Shown: piece by piece, positions 11,664-27,434 of the stretch
Layout: each line of letters starts with the position of its first letter
How positions within the stretch are numbered: the first letter of the stretch is position 1
DNA from: Escherichia coli
GTDB taxonomy: Bacteria > Pseudomonadota > Gammaproteobacteria > Enterobacterales > Enterobacteriaceae
NCBI RefSeq assembly: GCF_041886205.1
Contig: NZ_CP169029.1
Strand: one strand, 5' to 3'
Length of the DNA stretch: 64,000 bases
The notes under the pieces: model-generated
The model's input: the letters and a program-made list of their open reading frames with translations, nothing else
Told to the model about the DNA's origin: nothing
The model's database searches: none
Made by a program: the position numbers and the translations under genes

Positions 11664-12473
11664 ATGGAAAAGAAAATCGGTTTTATTGGCTGCGGCAATA
11701 TGGGAAAAGCCATTCTCGGCGGTCTGATTGCCAGCGGTCAGGTGCTTCCAGGGCAAATCTGGGTATACACCCCCTCCCCGGATAAAGTCACCGCCCTGCA
11801 TGACCAGTTCGGCATCAACGCCGCAGAATCGGCGCAAGAAGTGGCGCAAATCGCCGACATCATTTTTGCCGCCGTTAAACCTGGCATCATGATTAAAGTG
11901 CTTAGCGAAATCACCTCCAGCCTGAATAAAGACTCTCTGGTCGTTTCTATTGCTGCAGGTATCACACTCGACCAGCTTGCCCGCGCGCTGGGCCATGACC
12001 GGAAAATTATCCGCGCCATGCCGAACACTCCCGCTCTGGTTAATGCCGGGATGACCTCCGTAACGCCAAACGCGCTGGTAACCCCAGAAGATACCGCTGA
12101 TGTACTGAATATTTTCCGCTGCTTTGGCGAAGCGGAAGTAATTGCTGAGCCGATGATCCACCCGGTGGTCGGTGTGAGCGGTTCTTCGCCAGCCTACGTA
12201 TTTATGTTTATCGAAGCGATGGCCGACGCCGCCGTGCTGGGCGGGATGCCACGCGCCCAGGCGTATAAATTTGCCGCTCAGGCGGTAATGGGTTCCGCAA
12301 AAATGGTGCTGGAAACGGGAGAACATCCGGGGGCACTGAAAGATATGGTCTGCTCACCGGGAGGCACCACCATTGAAGCGGTACGCGTACTGGAAGAGAA
12401 AGGCTTCCGTGCCGCAGTGATCGAAGCGATGACGAAGTGTATGGAAAAATCAGAAAAACTCAGCAAATCCTGA
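11664..12473 (+). CDS. proC: Pyrroline-5-carboxylate reductase
   Basis: 269 aa starting [18 protein letters not shown] (NADP-binding Rossmann motif). Confidence 0.95.
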   Translation: MEKKIGFIGCGNMGKAILGGLIASGQVLPGQIWVYTPSPDKVTALHDQFGINAAESAQEVAQIADIIFAAVKPGIMIKVLSEITSSLNKDSLVVSIAAGITLDQLARALGHDRKIIRAMPNTPALVNAGMTSVTPNALVTPEDTADVLNIFRCFGEAEVIAEPMIHPVVGVSGSSPAYVFMFIEAMADAAVLGGMPRAQAYKFAAQAVMGSAKMVLETGEHPGALKDMVCSPGGTTIEAVRVLEEKGFRAAVIEAMTKCMEKSEKLSKS

Positions 12474-12489
12474 TGACTTTCGCCGGACG

Positions 12490-13605
12490 TCAGGCCGCCA
12501 CTTCGGTGCGGTTACGTCCGGCTTTCTTTGCTTTGTAAAGCGCCAAATCTGCCGATTTCAACCACTCACGATAGTGACTCATTTGTGGGTTCAGCGGCGC
12601 AACCCCCACACTAATCCGTAAAGTTACCTGTGGCGTATTCGGCAAGCGTAACGTGTTTAGCCCTTCATGCACCCGTAACATGGCGGTAATGGCGCTCTCA
12701 GCTGGCGTACCGGACATGATTACTGCAAACTCATCGCCGCCAAACCGACCAATCACATCGCTACCGCGCAGGGTAATTTGTAACTGTCGGGTAAGCGCCA
12801 CAATCGCTTCATCGCCCACATCATGACCCCAGGTATCGTTGATGCTCTTGAAATGGTCGATATCGATAATCAGTAACGTTGCATCGCGATTATGCCGCCG
12901 ACAGTTATCAAATTCATTGCGTAACATAGTTTCCCAATGACGTCGGTTATACACGCCCGTCATGCCGTCGCGGGTACTCATGACCTGCAACCTGCGTTTA
13001 TGTTCCGCCAGTTTGGTTGCCGTCTGGTAGCTGACCCAGCCAAACAGCAGAGGATAAATGACGATAATGGGAAGGGAGAGCCACCATTCCAGCGGCGCGC
13101 TATTGAACGACACGGTGATGCCCGTCAGTTCGAGGGTGACAAGGCAGGAAACCACCATCAACACCAGACCCGCGACAAACAGACGGGGGCCGCCTGCCCC
13201 CATCAAATTCAAACACATAATCATCAACATCGCGGTGGAAGGCAGCACGTTTACGCCCATTACGCCTACCCACATTCCCGCTAATACTGCATCGGTTTTT
13301 AAGTTGTAAATTTCCCGGCTAAGCGGATCGACGGCCCTGCTCGCTATCTGCCAGGCTAAATGCGGCCAGACGAACGCCCAGCCGACCAACACCAGCCACC
13401 ACCAGCCCGGCGGCGGGTGTGAAACCAGCGTTGAAGCAATCGGTAAGAACATGCCAGCCAGGCCAACCGCACGGGGTAGTCTGACGCGACGGGCGAAGCG
13501 CAGCCCGGACCGCTGATGTTCGTTTTGAGGAGTTAAAGGAGGTTCCTCCCCGTGCGCCGCCGCTTTTTTGAAAAAGTTTTCATCATTCATTATTTTTGGG
13601 AACAT
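12490..13605 (-). CDS. dgcC: Diguanylate cyclase DgcC (AdrA/YaiC)
   Basis: 371 aa; N-terminal membrane (MASE2-like) region plus C-terminal GGDEF domain (RFGGDEF). Confidence 0.9.
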   Translation of the reverse strand: MFPKIMNDENFFKKAAAHGEEPPLTPQNEHQRSGLRFARRVRLPRAVGLAGMFLPIASTLVSHPPPGWWWLVLVGWAFVWPHLAWQIASRAVDPLSREIYNLKTDAVLAGMWVGVMGVNVLPSTAMLMIMCLNLMGAGGPRLFVAGLVLMVVSCLVTLELTGITVSFNSAPLEWWLSLPIIVIYPLLFGWVSYQTATKLAEHKRRLQVMSTRDGMTGVYNRRHWETMLRNEFDNCRRHNRDATLLIIDIDHFKSINDTWGHDVGDEAIVALTRQLQITLRGSDVIGRFGGDEFAVIMSGTPAESAITAMLRVHEGLNTLRLPNTPQVTLRISVGVAPLNPQMSHYREWLKSADLALYKAKKAGRNRTEVAA

Positions 13606-13706
13606 TCAGAAACAATTTTCCCAAATTATAGAGACGGAGCTAAAGGCAGAAGTATGAAATTTCGGGTGAGCCATTTTCTTAGCTCACCCGTTAGCACTAT
13701 CAGGTA

Positions 13707-14027
13707 TCAGGCGGCTTTCTTGAGGCAGGCACTCATAAACTTATTACGATCATCCCCTTTCAGAGATTGTTGTGTTGCTTGATTATTGCATTCGCGCATC
13801 TTTTGCTGCTGTGGCGTCAAACTTTTTTCACCAGGCGCAGACTTGCTGTTCTTCAGGCAATCACTCATGTAGGTCTTACGAGCATCCCCTTTCAACGCCT
13901 GCGCCGTCGCCTGCTGATTACAGGAGGTCATACGCTGTTGTTGTGGGGTTAACGTTCTCTCGGCAGCGCCGACGGTGGTTAAAAAAACCAGACCGAAAAG
14001 CAAGGTAACCAGTAATGTAATTTTCAT
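13707..14027 (-). CDS. psiF: Phosphate starvation-inducible protein PsiF
   Basis: Small secreted protein with two repeats ending CLKxx; immediately downstream of phoA. Confidence 0.85.
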   Translation of the reverse strand: MKITLLVTLLFGLVFLTTVGAAERTLTPQQQRMTSCNQQATAQALKGDARKTYMSDCLKNSKSAPGEKSLTPQQQKMRECNNQATQQSLKGDDRNKFMSACLKKAA

Positions 14028-14102
14028 AGCACCATCCCTCTTCATGTTTTAACCATGAGCGTATGCGCCCGTGATCTGCCATTAAGTCTGGTTGCTAACA
14101 GC

Positions 14103-14143
14103 AAAAAAACCACCCGGCAGTGAAAATTCACCGCCGGGCGCGG
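14103..14143 (-). terminator. Rho-independent terminator downstream of phoA
   Basis: Minus strand CCCGGCGGTGAATTTTCACTGCCGGG hairpin followed by TGGTTTTTTT. Confidence 0.75.
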
Positions 14144-14145
14144 TT

Positions 14146-15561
14146 TTATTTCAGCCCCAGGGCGGCTTTCATGGTGTAGAAGAGATCGGTCTGGTCGGTC
14201 AGTCCAACGACATTGGCGGCATGCGGGCCATACGCCGCAATACGCAGCTGACTGCCGGTATGTTCTTGTGAATCCTCTTCGGAGTTCCCGTAACTCATCA
14301 CCATCACTGCGCCATCTTTGGTATTTAGCGCCTGGGTGAGGCCCGGAGCTTTGGTATCCGGCGCAACAATCTGGCTGGCGTGGGCGTGATCAGCGGTGAC
14401 TATGACCAACGTGTTACCCTCCTTTTTAGCGAATTCCAGCGCCCGTTGTACGGCTTCATCGAGATCGACCGTCTCGCCAATTTGCCCACAAGGATTCGCA
14501 GCATGATCCTGTTTATCGATTGACGCACCTTCAACTTGCAGGAAAAATCCTTTCTCATTTTTACTCAACAATTCAATGGCTTTGTCGGTCATCTGTGCCA
14601 GGGTTGGTACACTGTCATTACGTTGCGGATTAGGCGTACAGGTGACTGCGGGCTTATCGATATTGCCGTGGTACGTTGCTTTCGGCCCTAGCCAGCGCAC
14701 TGGCATATTGCCGTCAGCAAACAGGCCAAGCAGGGGTTTTTGCTGATTCGCTTCCGTCACCGAATTCAGTGAGGCAGCATCGTTCACCAACTGATAACCA
14801 CGCGCCTGTGCCTGTTCACGCAGCGTTTTTCCCTGCCATTCACCTGCGGTTGCCGTTTCAGCAAAGGTTTTTGCGCCACCGCCAAGCGTAACGTCGGCAC
14901 GAGCGTTAAGCAGCTGTTCGGTAATCGATCCTTTTCCGCCTTTTTCCAGAGCGTTACCCGGACATTTTTCACTGGTCGCGCTCGGACCGTAGCATTTGCG
15001 CGAGGTCACATGCGCCACCAGCGCAGCGGGCGTGGCATCCTGCAACTCTGCGGTAGAAACGTTACCGGTCGCCAGACCTGCGGCTTTTGCCATTTCCAGA
15101 ATCGTTGGGTGATCTTTTTCGTGAATATCGACGCCCAGCGCGCCGTTATAGGTTTTGACACCGGTTGACCAGGCGGTTGCTGATGCAGCCGAGTCGGTGA
15201 CGTAGTCCGGTTTGCCGGTTTTTTTATTCAGCGCATAGTGAGTGTATTGCCCGGTAAGCGGTAAGGCATCGATACCTTTAAAAAAGCCGCCCGCACCTTC
15301 GGCATAATTACGTGCGGCAGTAATTTCCGAGTCCCCCATCCCATCGCCAATCAGCAAAATAATATTTTTTGCAGGTTTATCGCTAAGAGAATCACGCAGA
15401 GCGGCGGTCTGATCACCCGTTAAGCGGCGAGCACCGCCGGGTGCAGTAATATCGCCCTGAGCAGCCCGGTTTTCCAGAACAGGCATTTCTGGTGTCCGGG
15501 CTTTTGTCACAGGGGTAAACAGTAACGGTAAGAGTGCCAGTGCAATAGTGCTTTGTTTCAC
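14146..15561 (-). CDS. phoA: Alkaline phosphatase
   Basis: 471-aa form with GTG start ([21 protein letters not shown] signal peptide); DSAASATAW active-site region; Pho box upstream. Confidence 0.97.
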   Translation of the reverse strand: MKQSTIALALLPLLFTPVTKARTPEMPVLENRAAQGDITAPGGARRLTGDQTAALRDSLSDKPAKNIILLIGDGMGDSEITAARNYAEGAGGFFKGIDALPLTGQYTHYALNKKTGKPDYVTDSAASATAWSTGVKTYNGALGVDIHEKDHPTILEMAKAAGLATGNVSTAELQDATPAALVAHVTSRKCYGPSATSEKCPGNALEKGGKGSITEQLLNARADVTLGGGAKTFAETATAGEWQGKTLREQAQARGYQLVNDAASLNSVTEANQQKPLLGLFADGNMPVRWLGPKATYHGNIDKPAVTCTPNPQRNDSVPTLAQMTDKAIELLSKNEKGFFLQVEGASIDKQDHAANPCGQIGETVDLDEAVQRALEFAKKEGNTLVIVTADHAHASQIVAPDTKAPGLTQALNTKDGAVMVMSYGNSEEDSQEHTGSQLRIAAYGPHAANVVGLTDQTDLFYTMKAALGLK

Positions 15562-15619
15562 TTTATTTTCTCCATGTACAAATACATTAAAAAATAAAAA
15601 CAAAGCGACTATAAGTCTC

Positions 15620-15646
15620 GGCCGTGACAACTTTATGACAGCTGTT
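15620..15646 (-). promoter_or_regulatory. Pho box (PhoB binding site) of the phoA promoter
   Basis: Minus-strand sequence CTGTCATAAAGTTGTCACGG about 60-85 bp upstream of the phoA GTG. Confidence 0.8.
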
Positions 15647-15661
15647 GAAAAGATTAACTTT

Positions 15662-15922
15662 TTACTGACGAGGATGCTTCAATAACTTCTTTACGTAATC
15701 GCGCAGCAGCTCCGTATCGTCGTCAGGAATGCTGGCATCGGGCTTTACCTCGTACAGCGCCCCCTCTACCTGATCAATCAACCGCTGTTGGTCATTTTGC
15801 GCCATATTGCGAAGCATTGCAGTGACGATAATCTCCAAAGCTTCTACCTGCGCGCACAGTTCTTTCGACTCTTCTTCTTTTTGGGCAAGCTTAAATAACA
15901 ACTCAGCAATGAGATTTTTCAT
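15662..15922 (-). CDS. iraP: Anti-adaptor protein IraP
   Basis: 86-aa coiled-coil protein [22 protein letters not shown]; between phoA and ddlA. Confidence 0.85.
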
Positions 15923-16383
15923 GTCTGTATTTCCTTATCCAAAGTATGGAGAAGTTAACATTATGTTTCATAACTTCATAGTGTCTGGAAGTATTATTTT
16001 TATGACAAAGGAAATACTTTGCACAAATATTTTTTGTTTGATTACCAGCGAAACGTTTCTCTTATTTAAATAATTACCCACACAAAATATAGGCTTTAAA
16101 TTATCAACCTTTATTATAAATAAAAGTTATGAAATATATTCTCTTCGTTAACTTATAATTAAGAGAAAAAACTCACCGCATGGCCATTTAAGCCAGGAAT
16201 AAATTAGCTTCCCGTTCATCATTTTTGTGATCTTGCGCACATCTTTGAGATAACGCACTTTCTTCACCAGTACGTTGCACGCTTTGTCAGCAGAAGATTG
16301 CAACAATCTTTCAGAAGGCCGCGAATCCCCCGTTTTGTCGTGGTAATGTATGCACTTTGTGTTAGACGGGATAGGTTTTTAAG

Positions 16384-17478
16384 ATGGAAAAACTGCGGGT
16401 AGGAATCGTTTTTGGTGGTAAATCAGCGGAACATGAAGTGTCTCTGCAATCGGCAAAAAACATTGTCGATGCCATTGATAAAAGTCGCTTCGACGTTGTG
16501 CTGCTGGGCATTGATAAACAAGGGCAATGGCACGTCAGCGATGCCAGCAATTATCTGCTAAATGCAGACGATCCTGCCCATATTGCGTTGCGCCCTTCGG
16601 CGACTAGCCTTGCGCAGGTGCCAGGTAAACATGAGCATCAGCTTATCGACGCGCAAAACGGTCAGCCGTTACCGACGGTGGATGTCATTTTCCCGATTGT
16701 CCACGGTACGCTGGGCGAAGATGGTTCCTTGCAGGGAATGCTGCGGGTCGCCAATTTACCGTTTGTAGGTTCTGATGTTCTGGCTTCAGCGGCCTGTATG
16801 GATAAAGATGTCACCAAACGTCTGCTGCGCGATGCCGGGCTGAACATTGCGCCATTTATTACCCTGACGCGCGCCAATCGTCACAACATTAGTTTTGCCG
16901 AAGTGGAGTCTAAACTGGGGTTACCACTGTTTGTAAAACCGGCTAATCAGGGCTCTTCTGTTGGTGTCAGCAAAGTAACCAGTGAAGAACAGTACGCAAT
17001 TGCCGTCGATCTGGCGTTCGAGTTCGATCATAAAGTGATCGTTGAGCAAGGGATCAAAGGTCGTGAGATCGAATGCGCAGTTCTGGGCAACGACAATCCG
17101 CAAGCCAGCACCTGTGGCGAGATCGTACTCACCAGCGATTTCTATGCCTACGACACCAAGTACATTGACGAAGATGGCGCGAAAGTGGTAGTTCCGGCAG
17201 CCATTGCGCCAGAAATCAACGATAAGATCCGGGCGATTGCGGTTCAGGCTTATCAAACGTTGGGATGCGCAGGCATGGCGCGTGTAGACGTGTTTTTAAC
17301 CCCAGAGAACGAAGTGGTGATCAACGAGATCAACACCCTGCCTGGCTTCACCAACATCAGTATGTATCCGAAGCTGTGGCAAGCCAGCGGTCTGGGTTAC
17401 ACCGATCTGATCACACGTTTGATTGAGCTGGCGCTGGAGCGTCACGCTGCGGATAACGCATTGAAAACCACAATGTAA
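16384..17478 (+). CDS. ddlA: D-alanine--D-alanine ligase A
   Basis: 364 aa; [22 protein letters not shown]-terminus and ATP-grasp motifs. Confidence 0.95.
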   Translation: MEKLRVGIVFGGKSAEHEVSLQSAKNIVDAIDKSRFDVVLLGIDKQGQWHVSDASNYLLNADDPAHIALRPSATSLAQVPGKHEHQLIDAQNGQPLPTVDVIFPIVHGTLGEDGSLQGMLRVANLPFVGSDVLASAACMDKDVTKRLLRDAGLNIAPFITLTRANRHNISFAEVESKLGLPLFVKPANQGSSVGVSKVTSEEQYAIAVDLAFEFDHKVIVEQGIKGREIECAVLGNDNPQASTCGEIVLTSDFYAYDTKYIDEDGAKVVVPAAIAPEINDKIRAIAVQAYQTLGCAGMARVDVFLTPENEVVINEINTLPGFTNISMYPKLWQASGLGYTDLITRLIELALERHAADNALKTTM

Positions 17479-17483
17479 TTTTC

Positions 17484-17518
17484 AAACGCCCGATAATATT
17501 CTTATTGGGCGTTTTCAG
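17484..17518. terminator. Hairpin between convergent ddlA and yaiZ (candidate bidirectional terminator)
   Basis: AAACGCCC-GATAATATTCTTAT-TGGGCGTTTT stem-loop with flanking T/A runs. Confidence 0.55.
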
Positions 17519-17714
17519 TTTCTTCATCGCGACGACGAATAATCAGCCCCGCCAGCCAGAAACTAATCACCCACGTCACCAGACCGACGGCATAGGTCTG
17601 CCAACCTTTTGCTTCAAATCCCAGTAACCCCACCACGCCATTAAGAATGAATATAAGGCCAATGGCGAACGCATAGTAGTGCCAGTCACGGCGGATTTTT
17701 ACAGGCAGATTCAT
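17502..17714 (-). CDS. yaiZ: Small membrane protein YaiZ
   Basis: 70-aa form starting MNLPVKIRRDWHYYAFAIGLIF with two hydrophobic helices; the longer track ORF has a non-conserved-looking N-terminus. Confidence 0.7.
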   Translation of the reverse strand: MNLPVKIRRDWHYYAFAIGLIFILNGVVGLLGFEAKGWQTYAVGLVTWVISFWLAGLIIRRRDEETENAQ

Positions 17715-17973
17715 GGCTGCTCCGTTAACGAAAAACAACATCCTTGCATATTCTGCAACAACCGTCTGTGGTGTAGACAACACTTTCGCAATTGTTAATA
17801 AATTTAACTTAAAGTTGCTATTTTGTGACTCGCAACGAAGATTCACGCTTCGGGAATATTCCCAACATCAATTTACCATGATTCTGATATTGACAATCTA
17901 AATGACCTGTCAGACTTGCCATAAGCCGCTGGTATCACACCAGAAGAGAAGCAGATGACTTCCGGAGGTTTTT

Positions 17974-18282
17974 ATGGCTGATTTCACCCTGTCAAAATCG
18001 CTGTTTAGCGGAAAATATCGCAATGCCTCTTCAACGCCTGGCAACATTGCCTATGCGTTGTTTGTGCTGTTTTGCTTTTGGGCTGGGGCGCAATTGCTGA
18101 ACCTGTTAGTGCATGCGCCCGGCGTCTATGAGCGTTTAATGCAGGTCCAGGAAACAGGTCGCCCACGGGTGGAAATTGGTTTAGGTGTCGGCACCATTTT
18201 CGGGCTGATCCCGTTTTTAGTAGGCTGCCTCATTTTTGCAGTGGTGGCGCTATGGCTGCACTGGCGACATCGCCGCCAGTAA
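17974..18282 (+). CDS. yaiY: Inner membrane protein YaiY
   Basis: 102-aa ORF with two hydrophobic segments, between yaiZ and yaiW. Confidence 0.75.
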
Positions 18283-18293
18283 GTTTTACGTTG

Positions 18294-18335
18294 TCAGATG
18301 CGGCCTGAAACGCCTTATCTGGCCTGACATTCCTG
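18294..18335. repeat. REP element between yaiY and yaiW
   Basis: CAGATGCGGCCTGAAACGCCTTATCTGGCCTGACA. Confidence 0.75.
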
Positions 18336-18340
18336 TTTGA

Positions 18341-19435
18341 TCACTGTTTCATACAACGCGCCCGCCGTTCGTCTACGCGCTTCGCAAACCAGGCCGTAGT
18401 CAGGTTGCGGGTGATTTTCGGGCTTTCCAGTTGAATGCCAGGCAACATTTCGCGGGGGAGTGATTTACCCGTTTTCGCTTCGGCAAGTTGATAAACTTTC
18501 TTGTACAGCGCCGTCTCCTCAAAAGAGAAGCTGTCACCTTTCTCTAGCTGACGACGAATTTCGCTGTCGCTCATCCCCAGTTTTGCCGCCAGTTTGCGCG
18601 TTGCCAGTTCGGTTTTCCCGGGTTCTTTACTGTCGTAACGAATTAAATCACCGTCCAGTGCCAGCTTCACGCCGCTGGCCTTACTGACCGCGTTTTGAAA
18701 CGCGGCATTACGGCTGGCGTACCAGCCAGCGTTAAAATCAGCAAAGCGGTATATCGGTGCGCTATAGCTGGCGGGATAATTCAGTAAATGGTAAGTACCA
18801 AACCACAACCCGCCGCGGCGACTGAAGACTTCCTGACGGACTGTACCGTCCATTTTCCACGGATACCCTTTGGTATGCTGTTCGGCAAAAGCAATGCTGA
18901 CCTGCATCGGCCCACCGGTGCGCACCGGATTAAGCGAACCAAACAGCGTCTGCCCCATTGGCACCATGCTGATCAGATCGTCAAAAATCGCGCTCAATTG
19001 CTTTTCTGTACGCACCGAATCTAACCGTTCGCTATAACTTTTGCCGTTTGGCGATTTGATTTTTAGCGCGGTATGAACCAGAAAAGCAGGAATGTGCATC
19101 CGTTCAGCACGACGGTCAATCTCTTGCCAGGCGATCTTGCTTAAGCCTGGAACGGCCGGATCTGCCTGATAATTTGACTCCTGCTGCGCCACCGCCAGCA
19201 CCGAGCAGACGTTTTCCAGCGTCGGTGCCAGCCCCTGACTTTCAAAGGTGGTGGCGAGATCTTTCGCCCAGGCATCGCGGTCTTTCACGCTCGCAGGCAT
19301 CTTCTGCCGCACGACGCTCGCCACATCTATCGCTTTTTCGCCCTTTTTCAACGGTTGCGGAGCCTGACTACTACACCCCGCTAAAACCAGAACCGCCAAC
19401 AATGACAGCGAAGATAGAGGATTGACGCGCGACAT
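18341..19435 (-). CDS. yaiW: Lipoprotein YaiW
   Basis: 364 aa with lipobox LAGCSS; immediately downstream of sbmA. Confidence 0.85.
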   Translation of the reverse strand: MSRVNPLSSLSLLAVLVLAGCSSQAPQPLKKGEKAIDVASVVRQKMPASVKDRDAWAKDLATTFESQGLAPTLENVCSVLAVAQQESNYQADPAVPGLSKIAWQEIDRRAERMHIPAFLVHTALKIKSPNGKSYSERLDSVRTEKQLSAIFDDLISMVPMGQTLFGSLNPVRTGGPMQVSIAFAEQHTKGYPWKMDGTVRQEVFSRRGGLWFGTYHLLNYPASYSAPIYRFADFNAGWYASRNAAFQNAVSKASGVKLALDGDLIRYDSKEPGKTELATRKLAAKLGMSDSEIRRQLEKGDSFSFEETALYKKVYQLAEAKTGKSLPREMLPGIQLESPKITRNLTTAWFAKRVDERRARCMKQ

Positions 19436-19447
19436 TACTTCTCCTTT

Positions 19448-20668
19448 TTAGCTCAAGGTATGGGTTACTTCCTGAATTTTGTCACCATCCAGTTCATGTT
19501 CAAAGCTGCGCAGACGTTTGTAGATAGACATCAACTCAACCAGTGTGGTCCATGAGTTAATCAGGTACTGGAAAGCACCGCGAACCTGACCAAAAACGTT
19601 GGTAATCTGCGTCATCAGGCCGAGCGTAATCGTACCGGCAACAATTGACGGAAACAGCAAGAACAAACCGAAAACGTTATCGACCTGCAAATAGAGAATG
19701 CGGGCGATGTTGAAATACATATAGTGAAAATAGAGGCGGAAATAGTTTTTCCGCACGGCGCTAAACAGCTCGCATACCGTAGGTGGCGTCGCGCGCGTGG
19801 CATCGTCTTCACCATAAACCAGCTCTTTACGGTAGGCAGCCTCTACACGCTGGTTTTTAAACTCCAGCCCCGGCAGTTTGATCCCTACCACTGCCAGCAA
19901 TCCGGTCCCCATCAGCGACCAGACGATAGCGGCAATCACCAGACCATACGGAATGTGCCCGATAATCGGCAGCTCCGGCACATGCGCGGAGAGCGTGACC
20001 AGCACCGGCAGGAAGGCGATCAACGTCATGATGGCGTTGATAAAACTGACGCCCATATTCTCCAGCGTTGAAGCAAAACGCATGGTATCTTCCTGCACAC
20101 GCTGTGCGGCACCTTCGATATGACGCAGTTGTTGCCAGTTCGCCATGTAATATTCGTTCATCGCCGTACGCCAGCGGAACACGTAGTGACTGACAAAGAA
20201 GTTGTTCAGCACACTGATCACCACCGCGATCAGCGCAATCCCCAGAAAGACGCCCACTTCGCGGTAAAATTGTTCGATGGTGACTTTATGCGGCGAACTT
20301 AGCGCGGTTTGAATCAGATCATAGAACGGCGCATACCAGGCGTTGACGGCGACCCCGACTTCCACCAAAAACCAGGTGACGAAGATGATCAGTGCAGTAC
20401 CGAGTATTGACCAGTATTGCCAACGATGCGGGCTGTAGATAAACCAGAACAATGCAAAAAGTCCTACGCAAACAATGTAGTAAGCGTAAAAAATCAGGAA
20501 ATCCAACGACCAGAAACGCGCGGCGCTAATCGGGATCTGCCCGGAAGCGCCGGTGATACGCGCCACCCAATCACCCCCACCGGCTTGCCAGAAGATAACG
20601 GCAATCAATGCCCAAACAAAGGCCGAGAGAAAAAACGGTCCCGGCTTTGGGAAAAAAGACTTAAACAT
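19448..20668 (-). CDS. sbmA: Peptide antibiotic/microcin transporter SbmA
   Basis: 406-aa polytopic membrane protein ([13 protein letters not shown]...), ABC-permease-like domain without ATPase. Confidence 0.92.
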   Translation of the reverse strand: MFKSFFPKPGPFFLSAFVWALIAVIFWQAGGGDWVARITGASGQIPISAARFWSLDFLIFYAYYIVCVGLFALFWFIYSPHRWQYWSILGTALIIFVTWFLVEVGVAVNAWYAPFYDLIQTALSSPHKVTIEQFYREVGVFLGIALIAVVISVLNNFFVSHYVFRWRTAMNEYYMANWQQLRHIEGAAQRVQEDTMRFASTLENMGVSFINAIMTLIAFLPVLVTLSAHVPELPIIGHIPYGLVIAAIVWSLMGTGLLAVVGIKLPGLEFKNQRVEAAYRKELVYGEDDATRATPPTVCELFSAVRKNYFRLYFHYMYFNIARILYLQVDNVFGLFLLFPSIVAGTITLGLMTQITNVFGQVRGAFQYLINSWTTLVELMSIYKRLRSFEHELDGDKIQEVTHTLS

Positions 20669-21019
20669 ATGCACTCCTGCTAACTTCTTATCGTTTTAAC
20701 AACTGCTGTGTATTAACCGCATGACCGCTACAAAGCGTCAGCCAAATGAAACCGCCCATTGTGACCCATAGCAAGGCGCTTAGTTCGCCAGCCTGAGCAT
20801 TAGAATTGTTTCGACGGATTTCACAAACCAAAGATTGTTTACATAAGCGGATTAACACGCGCAGGATCACAAATGCAGGCATTGGTGAGCAGGAAAAAGA
20901 TCGTGTTTACGCGCCGTTACGTTTTTAACACTATTATTGCACTAATTCGCCCTTTGCAATCTATCAATGAGTAGTATAAATACGCTCAGTTACCTTCATT
21001 CAATTTATGGACACCACCG

Positions 21020-22177
21020 TTGAAACGTAGTCTGCTTTTTTCTGCCGTGCTGTGTGCGGCGTCATTGACCTCCGTCCATGCGGCGCAGCCGATCACTGAA
21101 CCGGAGTTTGCCTCTGATATTGTCGATCGTTATGCCGATCATATTTTTTACGGCAGCGGTGCCACGGGAATGGCGCTAGTTGTTATCGACGATAACCAGC
21201 GCGTCTTTCGCAGTTATGGCGAAACGCGACCTGGCAATAACGTTCGCCCGCAGCTGGATTCGGTCGTGCGTATTGCTTCCCTCACCAAGCTAATGACCAG
21301 TGAGATGCTGGTGAAATTGCTCGACCAGGGGACCGTGAAGTTAAACGATCCGCTAAGTAAATATGCTCCGCCAGGCGCACGCATACCGACCTACAATGGG
21401 ACGCCCATTACGCTGGTCAATCTGGCAACCCATACCAGCGCCCTGCCCCGTGAACAGCCCGGTGGCGCGGCACATCGTCCCGTGTTTGTCTGGCCAACGC
21501 GCGAGCAACGCTGGAAATACCTTTCTACGGCGAAGCTGAAAGCCGCGCCAGGCAGTCAGGCGGCGTACTCTAACCTTGCGTTCGACCTGCTGGCAGATGC
21601 ACTGGCGAATGCGTCTGGCAAGCCTTATACCCAGTTGTTTGAAGAGCAGATTACCCGTCCATTGGGGATGAAAGACACCACCTACACCCCCTCACCGGAT
21701 CAGTGCCGCCGTTTAATGGTTGCAGAGCGCGGTGCCAGTCCATGCAATAACACGCTGGCGGCAATTGGCAGCGGCGGCGTCTATTCCACGCCTGGCGATA
21801 TGATGCGCTGGATGCAGCAATATTTGTCATCTGATTTTTATCAGCGCAGTAACCAGGCTGATCGCATGCAGACGTTGATTTATCAGCGCGCGCAGTTTAC
21901 GAAAGTGATTGGCATGGATGTCCCCGGCAAAGCGGATGCGCTTGGTTTAGGCTGGGTATATATGGCCCCAAAAGAGGGTCGTCCGGGGATTATTCAGAAG
22001 ACAGGTGGTGGTGGCGGTTTCATTACCTATATGGCGATGATCCCGCAGAAAAATATTGGCGCGTTTGTGGTAGTCACTCGTTCGCCGTTGACGCGCTTTA
22101 AAAATATGAGCGATGGCATCAATGACCTGGTGACCGAGCTAAGCGGGAATAAACCGTTGGTTATCCCCGCATCCTGA
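21020..22177 (+). CDS. ampH: Penicillin-binding protein AmpH (class C beta-lactamase-like)
   Basis: 385 aa, signal peptide, SxxK-type active site (IASLTKLMT). Confidence 0.92.
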   Translation: MKRSLLFSAVLCAASLTSVHAAQPITEPEFASDIVDRYADHIFYGSGATGMALVVIDDNQRVFRSYGETRPGNNVRPQLDSVVRIASLTKLMTSEMLVKLLDQGTVKLNDPLSKYAPPGARIPTYNGTPITLVNLATHTSALPREQPGGAAHRPVFVWPTREQRWKYLSTAKLKAAPGSQAAYSNLAFDLLADALANASGKPYTQLFEEQITRPLGMKDTTYTPSPDQCRRLMVAERGASPCNNTLAAIGSGGVYSTPGDMMRWMQQYLSSDFYQRSNQADRMQTLIYQRAQFTKVIGMDVPGKADALGLGWVYMAPKEGRPGIIQKTGGGGGFITYMAMIPQKNIGAFVVVTRSPLTRFKNMSDGINDLVTELSGNKPLVIPAS

Positions 22178-22864
<687 letters not shown>

Positions 22865-22886
22865 TATTTCTTCAGAGTGAAGAATA

Positions 22887-25829
<2,943 letters not shown>

Positions 25830-26354
25830 TTGTCATCCCTCCTCAGGGACGTAATAAGTTGATCCATCAATTATCAATGCATAGAAAACATCTTATGTTT
25901 CGCGTTTACGATTATGCGGCGTTATAGAGGAATGGTTCAATTATTCTTTCCCCTAAGTCCGATTGCGGACATATATAAAGCACGGAGGAACACATAAAAC
26001 AAAAATTGACAAAAACTTAATAATTCAACCAGTTAAACGAGATGTAATTTTTAATGTATATGCATTGAAAATATCAAAACCACAAACCAGATAAATAATT
26101 TATCAATAAACAATGAACTTTAAAGCTTTCTGTTTTTGACAACACAACCAATTCTCCAAAAACAATAATCAAGGGCTATAAATAAAGATTAAAAATATTT
26201 TCAGTGAATATGAAATTATTGCTATTTCTATTACAAAGATGTCCTGGTCTCTCTTTCATTCTCTTCTTGTCAACATCGCGACAACTTTCGTAAAACACTC
26301 CTGCCCCGCTTCAGGTATACTGTGCACCTTAATTCCACAAACATCAGGCAGACC

Positions 26355-27329
26355 ATGACAGACTTAATCCAACGCCCTCGTCGCCTGCGCAAATCTCCTG
26401 CGCTGCGCGCTATGTTTGAAGAGACAACACTTAGCCTTAACGACCTGGTGTTGCCGATCTTTGTTGAAGAAGAAATTGACGACTACAAAGCCGTTGAAGC
26501 CATGCCAGGCGTGATGCGCATTCCAGAGAAACATCTGGCACGCGAAATTGAACGCATCGCCAACGCCGGTATTCGTTCCGTGATGACTTTTGGCATCTCT
26601 CACCATACCGATGAAACCGGCAGCGATGCCTGGCGGGAAGATGGACTGGTGGCGCGTATGTCGCGCATCTGCAAGCAGACCGTGCCAGAAATGATCGTCA
26701 TGTCAGACACCTGCTTCTGTGAATACACTTCTCACGGTCACTGCGGTGTGCTGTGCGAGCATGGCGTCGACAACGACGCGACTCTGGAAAATTTAGGCAA
26801 GCAAGCCGTGGTTGCAGCTGCTGCAGGCGCAGACTTCATCGCCCCTTCCGCCGCGATGGATGGCCAGGTACAGGCTATTCGCCAGGCGCTGGACGCTGCA
26901 GGCTTTAAAGATACGGCGATTATGTCGTATTCGACCAAGTTCGCCTCTTCCTTTTATGGTCCGTTCCGTGAAGCTGCCGGAAGCGCATTAAAAGGCGACC
27001 GCAAAAGCTATCAGATGAACCCAATGAACCGTCGCGAGGCGATTCGTGAATCACTGCTGGATGAAGCCCAGGGCGCAGACTGCCTGATGGTTAAACCTGC
27101 TGGAGCATACCTCGACATCGTGCGTGAGCTGCGTGAACGTACTGAATTGCCGATTGGCGCGTATCAGGTGAGCGGTGAGTACGCGATGATTAAGTTCGCC
27201 GCGCTGGCGGGTGCTATAGATGAAGAGAAAGTCGTGCTCGAAAGCTTAGGTTCGATTAAGCGTGCGGGTGCGGATCTGATTTTCAGCTACTTTGCGCTGG
27301 ATTTGGCTGAGAAGAAGATTCTGCGTTAA
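26355..27329 (+). CDS. hemB: Porphobilinogen synthase (delta-aminolevulinic acid dehydratase)
   Basis: 324-aa form starting [23 protein letters not shown]; conserved active-site region. Confidence 0.95.
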
Positions 27330-27434
27330 TTTTTTTCCTCTCAGAAAGGGGGAGTTAACCTGTTGAAAGTACGGTGAACGCCCCCTCACCCTAACCCTCT
27401 CCCCAAGGGGGCGAGGGAACCGTCCGCACTCGTA

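Noticed and set aside
11571-12326. 251-aa minus-strand ORF opposite proC
   Set aside because: Fully contained antisense within proC, which has clear homology and the expected length; shadow ORF.
13606-13706. Candidate terminator hairpin downstream of psiF (GGGTGAGC...GCTCACCC)
   Set aside because: The stem-loop is present but is not followed by a convincing U-run on the psiF strand, so it was not reported as a terminator.
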